Shown here piece by piece: positions 46,609 to 54,913 of a DNA stretch of 64,000 nt. Within the stretch, counting starts at the first letter, position 1; each line of letters starts with the position of its first letter. The translations under genes were made by a program, and so were the position numbers. The notes under the pieces were generated by a model, which was given only the letters and a program-made list of their open reading frames with translations, was not told the origin of the DNA and ran no database searches. The stretch is from an uncultured Gammaproteobacteria bacterium (GTDB taxonomy: Bacteria; Pseudomonadota; Gammaproteobacteria; Pseudomonadales; Azotimanducaceae), in contig CAJYAE010000012.1 of the NCBI GenBank assembly GCA_913064685.1, positions 943 through 64,942 of the forward strand. Reading direction: 5' to 3'.

Positions 46609-47799
46609 ATGACTAGGCCAGACCTCGCTCACTTCGAAGCCGAAGTGCAAAAATTTATTGCTGAACACTTAACTCAGGACCTCACCAAGGCTGCTTCTTT
46701 AGGTTTTGGCATCAGTCGGGCAGATGGCGAACGCTGGCATAAAGCCGTCTACAGCCAGGGTTGGATCGCGCCCGATTGGCCCGTCGAACATGGCGGTACA
46801 GGGTGGACATTGCGCCAAAAGCAGATTTATTCCAACGCCACCGCGCTGGCTGGGGCACCTATGATTATGCCGTTCGGCATCGATATGGTAGGCCCCGTGC
46901 TCTACTCTTTCGGCAGTGAGGCGCAGCAAGCTCAGCATCTACCTAAAATCCTCGACGGTAGCGTGTGGTGGTGCCAGGGCTATTCAGAACCGGGAAGCGG
47001 TTCCGACTTAGCATCACTGAAGACCTCAGCACAACGTGATGGGGACGACTATATCGTCAACGGTCAAAAAATCTGGACCACGAACGCCCACAAAGCCGAT
47101 TGGATTTTCACTCTAGTGCGCACAGATACAGAAGCTAAACCTCAGCGCGGCATCAGCTTCTTACTAATTGATATGAAAACACCCGGCGTCGAGGTGAAAC
47201 CCATCGTCTCAATCGATGGTATGCACCATCTGAATCAGGTGTTCTTCTCCGATGTGCGTGTACCCACGCAAAACCTCATCGGCGAAGAAAACATGGGCTG
47301 GACCTACGCCAAATTTCTGCTCGCCAATGAGCGAGCTGGGATCGCGAACGTCGCTCATTCTGAGCGGCTGGTGAAAGCTCTGGTAGATATTACCCATACC
47401 GAACGCGATGGCTTCGGCGGGGCGCTGGCCGATTCGAAAGCTTTTATGTCAAATCTAGCAGCCACGGAGGTCCAGTTGCAGGCCCTCAAGGCACTGGAAG
47501 CACGGGTTGTTGCCAGTGTTGAAGAAACCGGGGCGCCTGGCGACGAGGCTTCGATGCTGAAAATCGTCGGTACCCAAGTGCAGCAGACCCTAGAAGCGCT
47601 GCGCGTCGAGGCGGTCGGCAATTACAGCCTGCCTTTTGAGACTGACCTGATTCGCGGTGAGAGCAATCTGCCTGCACCCGGGCCCGACTACGCCGTAAGC
47701 GCGGTATCCGATATGAATTTTGGTCGCGCCTCTTCCATTTACGGGGGCTCTAATGAGATTCAGCGCAACGTCATGGCTAAAGCAGTGCTTGGACTGTAA
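46609..47799 (+). CDS. Acyl-CoA dehydrogenase
   Basis: CQGYSEPGSGSDLASL, GQKIWTT and IYGGSNEIQRNVMA. Confidence 0.9.
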   Translation: MTRPDLAHFEAEVQKFIAEHLTQDLTKAASLGFGISRADGERWHKAVYSQGWIAPDWPVEHGGTGWTLRQKQIYSNATALAGAPMIMPFGIDMVGPVLYSFGSEAQQAQHLPKILDGSVWWCQGYSEPGSGSDLASLKTSAQRDGDDYIVNGQKIWTTNAHKADWIFTLVRTDTEAKPQRGISFLLIDMKTPGVEVKPIVSIDGMHHLNQVFFSDVRVPTQNLIGEENMGWTYAKFLLANERAGIANVAHSERLVKALVDITHTERDGFGGALADSKAFMSNLAATEVQLQALKALEARVVASVEETGAPGDEASMLKIVGTQVQQTLEALRVEAVGNYSLPFETDLIRGESNLPAPGPDYAVSAVSDMNFGRASSIYGGSNEIQRNVMAKAVLGL

Positions 47800-48013
47800 G
47801 CAAAACCGTTCGGCTTATAGCCAAGCGACCGTAAAAATTGTAGGCGCCATCCATGACCTCGGGCAGGTTGCAGTGGTAGCACTTATCTAGGGTGGCTTGG
47901 TCACACTTTTCCATGATGCGTTCAAATTTCGCAATTGGGTTTTCGGTGCCCTCTGAATGCGAATAATCAGAAGCACGCGTATATCTGGCCCAACGATGTC
48001 GATTATCCATCAC
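47777..48013 (-). CDS. Possible small Cys-containing protein (78 aa)
   Basis: The central part looks protein-like (ENPIAKFERIMEKCDQATLDKCYHCNLPEVMDGAYNFYG). There is no clear SD, and the 3' end overlaps the ACAD stop by 23 nt. Confidence 0.3.
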   Translation of the reverse strand: MMDNRHRWARYTRASDYSHSEGTENPIAKFERIMEKCDQATLDKCYHCNLPEVMDGAYNFYGRLAISRTVLLTVQALL

Positions 48014-48375
48014 ACTGGTTCACTGGCGAACGGCACAGACTTGAGGTGGGGCTACGCTGTCTCTGATGACGCTTCCATCGCAGCAGCGGGCTAGGTAGAA
48101 AAAGCAAATATAAATCGTTAGCAGACCATTGGACTGGCAGTGCGCGACATTCGCGCTGGCCTTGGGCGAATTGCTGAGACATAAAGCTGTCCGTTCACAC
48201 CTTGTGAGGGCGACAATCACTCGTCAGCAATCAAGTCCTGTTGCGCTAGCCTAAACAGCGCGGGCACCCAGAATGAAAAGTCGCCAAAAAGCACGAACTT
48301 ACCACCCACTCGCATTGCGAACGTTTCTTATTTGCGCAAGACTAGCGTGAATTAAATGGGCACGATTGAGAACTT

Positions 48376-49725
48376 ATGAGCTTGCATGTTGATTACTTGG
48401 TAAGCGGGGCTGGCGCCATGGGCATGGCCTTCGCCGATGTTATCTTGCACGAGAGCAACAAAACCATCGCCCTTGTAGATCGGCGCGCGGCCCCTGGCGG
48501 TCATTGGAATGATGCCTACCCCTTTGTTCGATTGCATCAGCCAAGCGCATTTTACGGTGTTAATTCGCGCGCACTCGGCGACGACCTCATCGACAAAGTT
48601 GGCTGGAACAAAGGCCTTTATGAACTAGCCTCTAAAGGTGAGGTTTGCGCTTACTATGACCGTGTCATGCGCGAACAGTTTTTACCCAGTGGCCGCGTTC
48701 ACTACTTTCCTAACTGTGAGGTTAATGCACAGGGCGAAGTGGTATCTCTGGTTACTGGCGCAAGCATAGACATCACCTCTGACCAGTACGTCGATGCCGG
48801 CTATATGCAGGTGCAAGTGCCCGCCACACGGGATCCAAATTACGCGGTTGACGAGGGCGCTCTCTGCGTCCCCATCAATGCCCTGCCACAGGTTGCAGGT
48901 CCTAACCGTATCTATACGATCATTGGCGGCGGCAAGACCGCTATGGACGCGGTTTTATGGCTGCTCGCTAACGACGTAGATGCACAAAAGATTCACTGGG
49001 TGCGGCCCCGCGACAGTTGGATTCTAAATCGGACGAACATTCAACCAGGCGAATTAGCGCTCAAGAGCCAGGAATCATTTTTACGCCAGATGATTGAAAT
49101 CTCAGAGTCCGCGACCCCTGAGGACATGTTTGCACGCCTCAATGCCGCCGGCATCCTGTGGCGCCTAGATTCGGAGGTCTGGCCGTCGATGTACCGTTGT
49201 GCAACGGTCACACCTACGGAGTTTACCCAGCTACAGCGAGTCAAAAACGTTGTCCGTATGGGTCATGTTGAGCGTATTCATGCAAACGGCCTTGAACTGA
49301 CCGAGGGTACGTATGCATTACCCGAAGGCACCGCATACATCGACTGCTCTGCAGACGGTTTGGCAAAGCGTCCGCCGCAAGCAATTTTCCAAAATCAGCG
49401 CATCACCTTACAAACCGTAAGATTCTGCCAACAGGTATTCAGTGCGGCCTTTATCGCTCATGCCGAGGTGACCTATAAAGACGATGCCGAGAAAAACGCG
49501 GTATGCAACGTTGTGCCACATCCGGATACAGACCAGGACTTTATTCGAGTAACCCTTGCCAATACGCTGAATAGTATTCTCTGGAATCAGGACGAAGAAC
49601 TGATGCAATGGCTAGTCGACGCACGCCTCGACGGCTTTAGCGTAATTCGACGCACAACAGATGCGTCTGTATTTGAAACCGGATCACGTGCCGTTGCTAA
49701 TATGCAACGGTTTTTAGCCAGTTAA
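48376..49725 (+). CDS. FAD/NAD(P)-binding oxidoreductase (two-dinucleotide-fold flavoprotein)
   Basis: YLVSGAGAMGMAFAD...VDRRAAPGGHW is the first Rossmann fold. IIGGGKTAMDAVLWL is the second. Confidence 0.7.
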   Translation: MSLHVDYLVSGAGAMGMAFADVILHESNKTIALVDRRAAPGGHWNDAYPFVRLHQPSAFYGVNSRALGDDLIDKVGWNKGLYELASKGEVCAYYDRVMREQFLPSGRVHYFPNCEVNAQGEVVSLVTGASIDITSDQYVDAGYMQVQVPATRDPNYAVDEGALCVPINALPQVAGPNRIYTIIGGGKTAMDAVLWLLANDVDAQKIHWVRPRDSWILNRTNIQPGELALKSQESFLRQMIEISESATPEDMFARLNAAGILWRLDSEVWPSMYRCATVTPTEFTQLQRVKNVVRMGHVERIHANGLELTEGTYALPEGTAYIDCSADGLAKRPPQAIFQNQRITLQTVRFCQQVFSAAFIAHAEVTYKDDAEKNAVCNVVPHPDTDQDFIRVTLANTLNSILWNQDEELMQWLVDARLDGFSVIRRTTDASVFETGSRAVANMQRFLAS

Positions 49726-49775
49726 CAGGCAGGCCCTTGGCGTAGGATATAAATCAGAGACGTGCGCTGCGGCTT

Positions 49776-50981
49776 TTATCGGTCTGCAACTTTGACGAAT
49801 CGCTGAAATAACTGGTCAGCGAATTGCTCAATTTCCTCATCGGCCACCTCGGTGCGAGATACACGATCGCCCTCTAGCAATACGCTCATCAAAAATGACT
49901 GGCCTTGATGTTTCTCAAGTCGATAACCCTTGTTATCGCCAAGTATTTGCCGCCAACGGGCATTAATCGCATCCCAAAATCGTTCGGTGCTGGCCCAATA
50001 AGCCCTAGCTGGGGAGAAGTCGAAATCAACGATCTTTTCATACCTATTAAGACCCGCCTCGCGCGCCAGCACCACCTCCGGATCTCCACTTTTCGCAGGA
50101 CTCTTTAACAGATGCACCTTGAGATTGTCTTCTTCTTGTATCCACCCACGCGGGGTAATGGTATGGCGGTTGGTGCCAAGTAAATAGTCGTAGTCTTTGC
50201 GCACACTAGTTTCACGCCTTGGCACCGGTCGCCGAGTCTGACCGCTCTGCCAAAAGGATGTACCCGCTTTATGTACCCACTCACCGAACGATTCATAGCG
50301 CGGTGAATCGTCTACTTGATATACCGTCTGAGTCCATGTACCTGCAGCCACCGCTGCTGGAATAGACTTCGGCTCCCAGGTGTTATTGCCAACGAAAACA
50401 TTCATTTCGGTGTCTTCAAAAGTCCAGTCTTGGCGCCAATGTTTCATCGTCATGGGCTCCGACATTGAGCCATCAGGCATTTGCACGATCATGACAAGAA
50501 TGTGTTGAAGGCTTATGAATGGCCCGCGATCTTCAACTACAAAAATATACTCGGTACCCCATGACTGGTAGGGCGCTTTCGGCACATAGCCATCTTCAAA
50601 ACCAATGGTTTCGATAAAATCGAAGGACGCTTGATACTCACCAGCCATGGCCAAAATTGCCAGACGATCGCGCTCGTAAGCACTTAAGCCGTCTTCGGTA
50701 AGGCCTAACCATGCCGCATTAGGCTGCGGCGCTCTTGTTACCCCAGCACCTCTGGTCGTGCCCCCACGCGGCGCTAACTGACTGTCTGAGTGAAACTGCC
50801 AAGAGTATGTAAAACGTCTCGTATCTTGCTGCTGAGACGATTCGTTAGCAATGGCGTTGGCGGCCATAGACGATGCACTACAAACCATCAGCGCGAGCAC
50901 CATGACCCATCGCACATCGAGCTTAGTCAAGATCGGCTCGCACTTTGTTCCTTTCATCAATCCATTCCATCCTGCATTCAA
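49776..50981 (-). CDS. Secreted hypothetical protein
   Basis: A hydrophobic leader ...VMVLALMVCSASSMAANA is followed by a Trp-rich soluble domain. The start is ambiguous (50981, 50957 or 50903). Confidence 0.6.
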   Translation of the reverse strand: MNAGWNGLMKGTKCEPILTKLDVRWVMVLALMVCSASSMAANAIANESSQQQDTRRFTYSWQFHSDSQLAPRGGTTRGAGVTRAPQPNAAWLGLTEDGLSAYERDRLAILAMAGEYQASFDFIETIGFEDGYVPKAPYQSWGTEYIFVVEDRGPFISLQHILVMIVQMPDGSMSEPMTMKHWRQDWTFEDTEMNVFVGNNTWEPKSIPAAVAAGTWTQTVYQVDDSPRYESFGEWVHKAGTSFWQSGQTRRPVPRRETSVRKDYDYLLGTNRHTITPRGWIQEEDNLKVHLLKSPAKSGDPEVVLAREAGLNRYEKIVDFDFSPARAYWASTERFWDAINARWRQILGDNKGYRLEKHQGQSFLMSVLLEGDRVSRTEVADEEIEQFADQLFQRFVKVADR

Positions 50982-51057
50982 ATAGTGATGCCGCCGGTGC
51001 TGAGTAACGTGGCCAACCTGCCTGTGAGTTGTTGTATAGGTCAGGGGCCCCGGGCGG

Positions 51058-51513
51058 TTACCCCTTCAGAGCGAACGTTCCTTTCATAACAACAGAGTGA
51101 CTCATCACAGTACAAAAAAAGCTGTAAGCATCTCCAGCATTTAGGCCGGCTGTTGCAAAGGTCACGCTCGTAGATTCACCACCGCCAATGATCGCTGTAG
51201 CAGCGATGACGCGTGGATCGTCAGCCTTCAGATATCCGCCCGCAGCTCCAGCGACGTTGCCGTCGTTTTGGATCGGCTGAAGATCGGCTGTTTTAGCCAG
51301 CACCCAGTTATGACCCATCGCTGCCGCGGGCAATCTCCCAGTGTGCTTAAAGTTTATTGTTGCATTCGCGCAGCTTGCTGGTATCTCAATTTTTGGGGTG
51401 CTGAAGCTCAGGGCGTCGCCCGCTTCAACTTCAACCGTACAGTCGTTTGCGATTGCAGCCTGAGAAAAAATGGCTGTTGTAAAGACTAAAGCCAAGCGTG
51501 TTATTGTTTTCAT
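51058..51513 (-). CDS. azu: Azurin (type-1 blue copper protein)
   Basis: Signal peptide, a Cys3/Cys26 pair (NDCTVEV...PASC), MGHNWVL (Gly-His ligand) and FFCTVMSHSVVMKG with azurin spacing Cys-x4-His-x3-Met. AAGGAG SD. Confidence 0.9.
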   Translation of the reverse strand: MKTITRLALVFTTAIFSQAAIANDCTVEVEAGDALSFSTPKIEIPASCANATINFKHTGRLPAAAMGHNWVLAKTADLQPIQNDGNVAGAAGGYLKADDPRVIAATAIIGGGESTSVTFATAGLNAGDAYSFFCTVMSHSVVMKGTFALKG

Positions 51514-51573
51514 ATCTTCTCCTTTTGGTCCCTCATTATATTCGTCTTAGGACTATTCTGTGTTTGAAATTAC

Positions 51574-51870
51574 TCAGACAAGGCCAACGGATAACGGACT
51601 GCGGATTCGCAAAAGGACTCGGCCCAATATACTTTCGAGGCTTATTGGACGGTCGCAAACGCTAGACGTTGCTTCCGGGTTATCTCCATAAAGACTCACT
51701 TGGCCATCCGGCGACAGGCGCAAGCGCTTGACTACCAACCCGACCGGCGCCACGTGCGCCACAACGACGTCACCGTTGACCAGTTGCAAGTTTTTTAACA
51801 CTAACACTAGGTCTTGCGGGCGCAATGTCGGCAGCATGCTCGTGCCGTGGACGCGAAAAACTTCAGGCAC
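51574..51870 (-). CDS. sodX: NiSOD maturation protease SodX (S26 signal-peptidase-like)
   Basis: 98 aa with GTSMLPTL (catalytic Ser) and VVKRL (Lys). It overlaps the sodN stop by 8 nt. Confidence 0.8.
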   Translation of the reverse strand: MPEVFRVHGTSMLPTLRPQDLVLVLKNLQLVNGDVVVAHVAPVGLVVKRLRLSPDGQVSLYGDNPEATSSVCDRPISLESILGRVLLRIRSPLSVGLV

Positions 51871-52330
51871 GCTCTAATACGGGCTGACAGATCGGCAACT
51901 CCGGGGGATACGGTGCCAGCACAGTTTGGGTCTCGAGGCCTTTGCTTTGCCAGAACATTTGGGCGAACTCGTTGACCAAGGTCACTAAGTTTTCGCCATC
52001 CGCTCGATCAATGCCCTGCTTACAGGCAGAACCCGCCTGCATGATTCGATGCACCAAGTCGTGAACGCCGGGATTCGCCTCTACCTGAGGGGCTTTAAAG
52101 AAATCACCCCAAATGATGGTCACCTCGGTTTTCACAATACCGGCTTGTTGCTCTTTCTCCATAACCACTCGGGCGAGTTTCGCACTTTCATCCGGTGTTT
52201 TTGGGGTCCCTACCTCTGCAATGATATCCATCAGGCGAACCACGCTTAGAGCAGACACTTGCGCCACAGCCGGATCGTATATTTTGCAGGGGATATCACA
52301 GTGCGCGGCAACACCTCTCAATTTAAGCAT
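51863..52330 (-). CDS. sodN: Nickel superoxide dismutase precursor
   Basis: MLKLRGVAA-HCDIPCKIYDP is a short leader followed by the Ni-hook. ATG 52330 rather than the track's 52363. Confidence 0.9.
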   Translation of the reverse strand: MLKLRGVAAHCDIPCKIYDPAVAQVSALSVVRLMDIIAEVGTPKTPDESAKLARVVMEKEQQAGIVKTEVTIIWGDFFKAPQVEANPGVHDLVHRIMQAGSACKQGIDRADGENLVTLVNEFAQMFWQSKGLETQTVLAPYPPELPICQPVLERA

Positions 52331-52592
52331 TGCCGATACTCCGCACCACCGGTGTGCTGCCAAAATCTTTATGTCCCACCACCTTAAGGGCCAGCGCGTC
52401 CTTGTCTATCGGCGGTTGCGGCAGTGTTTTTATACGGACTGCAATCGCAACGCTGAGACTCATCAGCAGCGCTGCTATGGCAATTAGCCACATCCCCCAG
52501 AGATCTGCATGAGCCATGGACAATAATGGACCGTCGTGGGCAAGCGCATGCCCGCTAGAGAAAATAAGGGCGAGACCGAACGCGAATTTCAT
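52323..52592 (-). CDS. Small membrane/exported protein (orf89) translationally coupled to sodN
   Basis: GAGGAG SD. Signal-like MKFAFGLALIFSSGHALA, then HDGPLLSMAHADLW and one TM. Its TAA overlaps the sodN ATG (AATGCTTAA). Confidence 0.55.
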   Translation of the reverse strand: MKFAFGLALIFSSGHALAHDGPLLSMAHADLWGMWLIAIAALLMSLSVAIAVRIKTLPQPPIDKDALALKVVGHKDFGSTPVVRSIGNA

Positions 52593-52658
52593 CTGATTTG
52601 CTCCTCATAGGTAATCAAGTGACACTTAGGCAATGCGACAAACTGCAGTATACTATAA

Positions 52659-52679
52659 TGCAAATGATAATGATTTGTA
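52659..52679. promoter_or_regulatory. Fur-like operator, copy 1 (TGCAAATGATAATGATTTGTA)
   Basis: The core AATGATAATGATT matches 12/13 of the AATGATAATCATT core in the classical Fur box. It lies in the 141-bp divergent region between orf89-sodN and the PNPOx-like gene and abuts a TATAAT at 52654-52659. Confidence 0.5.
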
Positions 52680-52733
52680 TTTAGGATTGTAAGTGCAAAT
52701 TCTATTTTTCAGCGCGATTAACACGGAATATTC

Positions 52734-53156
52734 ATGCAAAGAGCAATGAGCGAAACAGAGCTAGAACAATTCATCGACAGCAAGCCAGGCTGGATCATTT
52801 TAACTACCATTGGCGCCGACGGCTTTCCCCACAGTGTGCCTTTGGGCTACTTTCGCGACGGCACAAAGATCTATCTCGGGTGCAAGGACCACACTCAAAA
52901 AATACGCAACGTCGAACGCAACCCCAAGGTCTCGCTTTGCCTTGAAAGCGGATCAACAATGAGCGACATCAAAGGCGTCTTGCTGAGAGGCACTGCGACT
53001 ATTGTGCGAGAACCAGAGGAAAGATTGTCACTCCACCAGTTGGCAGCTCGACAACGCGGCGTGCCTGAAGACAACCTACCGCAGTCCGTGAGCGAGGGTG
53101 CCGCGTATATCAAGGTGGCCGATTATACCGTTACGTCTTGGAACTACGGCTCTTGA
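52734..53156 (+). CDS. Pyridoxamine-5'-phosphate-oxidase-like FMN-binding split-barrel protein
   Basis: 140 aa with GWIILTTIGADGFPHSVPLGY...IRNVERNPKVSL. Confidence 0.75.
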   Translation: MQRAMSETELEQFIDSKPGWIILTTIGADGFPHSVPLGYFRDGTKIYLGCKDHTQKIRNVERNPKVSLCLESGSTMSDIKGVLLRGTATIVREPEERLSLHQLAARQRGVPEDNLPQSVSEGAAYIKVADYTVTSWNYGS

Positions 53157-53452
53157 GCAGCGAGCGCTGCCCTAGCTTCGAAGAACATCATAACCATCAC
53201 TCTCTCAGCGTCCTTGATATTCGATATCGGCTCTGACAGCGCGACCTCAACGAGGTTGTCTTTGTTGGGGGTTGTTCCGTCGCCGTAATCTCGCTCAATA
53301 AGCACCGAAGTATCGTTAACGTCTATAATCTGCGCGGACTCTGCCTCTCGCAGCCCAGCAAAATGATGCAGATAGGCGAGCACCGCATCGGGATGGTCGC
53401 TATTCATATGCTCGATTATTTCTGCCCTAACCTCCCGATCAATCTTAGACAA
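53144..53452 (-). CDS. DUF2470 (HugZ-like accessory domain) protein
   Basis: IIEHMNSDHPDAVLAYLHHFAG is typical of DUF2470. TTG start with AAGGAGAG SD. Confidence 0.7.
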   Translation of the reverse strand: MSKIDREVRAEIIEHMNSDHPDAVLAYLHHFAGLREAESAQIIDVNDTSVLIERDYGDGTTPNKDNLVEVALSEPISNIKDAERVMVMMFFEARAALAAQEP

Positions 53453-53545
53453 AATGCTCTCCTTTCATCTTCTAAACGACATTTTTGACAAACGCTAAAA
53501 ACACTGGGCAACCGCCGCACGGCACTACCAAAATGAACAATCACC

Positions 53546-54325
53546 CTAGCTCATACCCAACCTAGTCTTGACTTCCTCGAGCGCCTTAGCTTTTTGCAAC
53601 CCTTCTTGTGTTGCTCCGATTTTCCAGTAACTACTGACGTATGAACCCTGAACATCAGACTTCAAGGGCTTCAGTTTTTTTCGCGCTGCTCGCATTAATT
53701 CGAATTCACCCGCAACCCAGATATACGGCGCACCGTCCAGCCAAGCTAAGGTCTCCAGTCGCTGAAAAAGTTCGCCCGAATAGACCATGGGATTTGCATT
53801 AACAATCCATTCCACCTGCACACCCGGTGGTTTTACTAAATCAACACTGTCTTCTGTCGAGGGCACCTCTAAAAAAGCAAAACCAACTGAGTCTTCAGGT
53901 AAGCGCTGCAAATTTACCGAAATCGCGGGAAGCGCACTGAGATCGCCAAAGAATGCAAACCAATCCGCTTTTGCATCCGCAAGCTTTGTTGGGCCTGGCC
54001 CTGCAATGGCTAATGTGTCGCCCCTACTAGCAGCGGTCGCCCACGCAGACGCTGGTCCGGAATCTCCATGCAATACGAAGTCAATGTCCAGTTCACACGT
54101 CTCCGCTCTAAATGCCCTTACCGTGTATGACCTTTTAACTGCGCCCTTAGCAGAGTCTGCATCCACAACAGGTAACCCTTGGGGATGAAATAGGGCTTTT
54201 ACATAACCGCTCTCAGCGTCGGTTGGAAAATCAGCCAGATCGTCACCGGACAGCGTTATTCTTTTCAAATGCGGGCTGACCGCGCAAGTTTTGATGACCT
54301 CAAGAGATCTGACACGAATCGACAT
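53546..54325 (-). CDS. Siderophore-interacting protein (ViuB/SIP ferric-reductase family)
   Basis: VSPHLKRITLSGDDLADF, KRSYTVRAF (RxYT FAD motif) and a C-terminal SIP domain ending in YWKIG. Confidence 0.85.
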   Translation of the reverse strand: MSIRVRSLEVIKTCAVSPHLKRITLSGDDLADFPTDAESGYVKALFHPQGLPVVDADSAKGAVKRSYTVRAFRAETCELDIDFVLHGDSGPASAWATAASRGDTLAIAGPGPTKLADAKADWFAFFGDLSALPAISVNLQRLPEDSVGFAFLEVPSTEDSVDLVKPPGVQVEWIVNANPMVYSGELFQRLETLAWLDGAPYIWVAGEFELMRAARKKLKPLKSDVQGSYVSSYWKIGATQEGLQKAKALEEVKTRLGMS

Positions 54326-54380
54326 TACAGTCTCACAAAGAGATTAAGTGGCAAAAAGAAAGCTGATTTACCACTTCGGA

Positions 54381-54806
54381 TTACGCCGGAGGATTTGCTC
54401 GCGCCCAAATAAATGAGCGCACACAAGTGAAAACGTATAAAGCGCCCGAAATCAGCAACATTAATTTAGAGGCTCCGGCAGCCGGATTAGCAAACGCATC
54501 GCCGCCCGAAAAGACACCGCGAAAAAAATCTAAACCGCCTAAAAAAGCCACCAGCCCAAACAATATGGCAATGTGCATCCAAACTTTTCGCCGTGCCGGG
54601 AGCACTAAGCACAACGCACCCATTACCAGAATAGGCACCCCAAGCATGGCCGGAATCCAAGAGGTGAGCGATGTAGAGCCAGAGCTAAGCGAAACTATTG
54701 TCGCCCACGTGATCAGCCAAAGCCCATAGATCAAGGTCCAGCGAGACATATCAATATTCAAAAAAGTGAATTGTTGCGACACAGGTCCTCCAAAACGATC
54801 AACCAT
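54381..54806 (-). CDS. Small 4-TM membrane protein, first gene of the SIP operon
   Basis: 141 aa, hydrophobic. An alternative start is at 54749 (MSRWTLIYG...). Confidence 0.55.
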   Translation of the reverse strand: MVDRFGGPVSQQFTFLNIDMSRWTLIYGLWLITWATIVSLSSGSTSLTSWIPAMLGVPILVMGALCLVLPARRKVWMHIAILFGLVAFLGGLDFFRGVFSGGDAFANPAAGASKLMLLISGALYVFTCVRSFIWARANPPA

Positions 54807-54878
54807 GAGTGCGCTAAAAACCGTGCAGCCTGGTTTTCAACATTATTGTTCAGCCTCCGCAGGCTGTAGTATCCTAAA

Positions 54879-54899
54879 TACAAATAGTTATCATTTGCA
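54879..54899. promoter_or_regulatory. Fur-like operator, copy 2 (TACAAATAGTTATCATTTGCA; reverse complement TGCAAATGATAACTATTTGTA)
   Basis: Its reverse complement matches copy 1 at 19/21 positions. It lies 73 nt upstream of the membrane-protein/SIP operon and 15 nt upstream of the divergent ORF at 54914. Confidence 0.5.
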
Positions 54900-54913
54900 A
54901 GAAAGGAAGCGCG

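Noticed and set aside
48020-48220. A 66-aa minus-strand ORF in the gap upstream of the flavoprotein gene.
   Set aside because: The composition is Cys/Arg-rich, there is no SD and no family resemblance.
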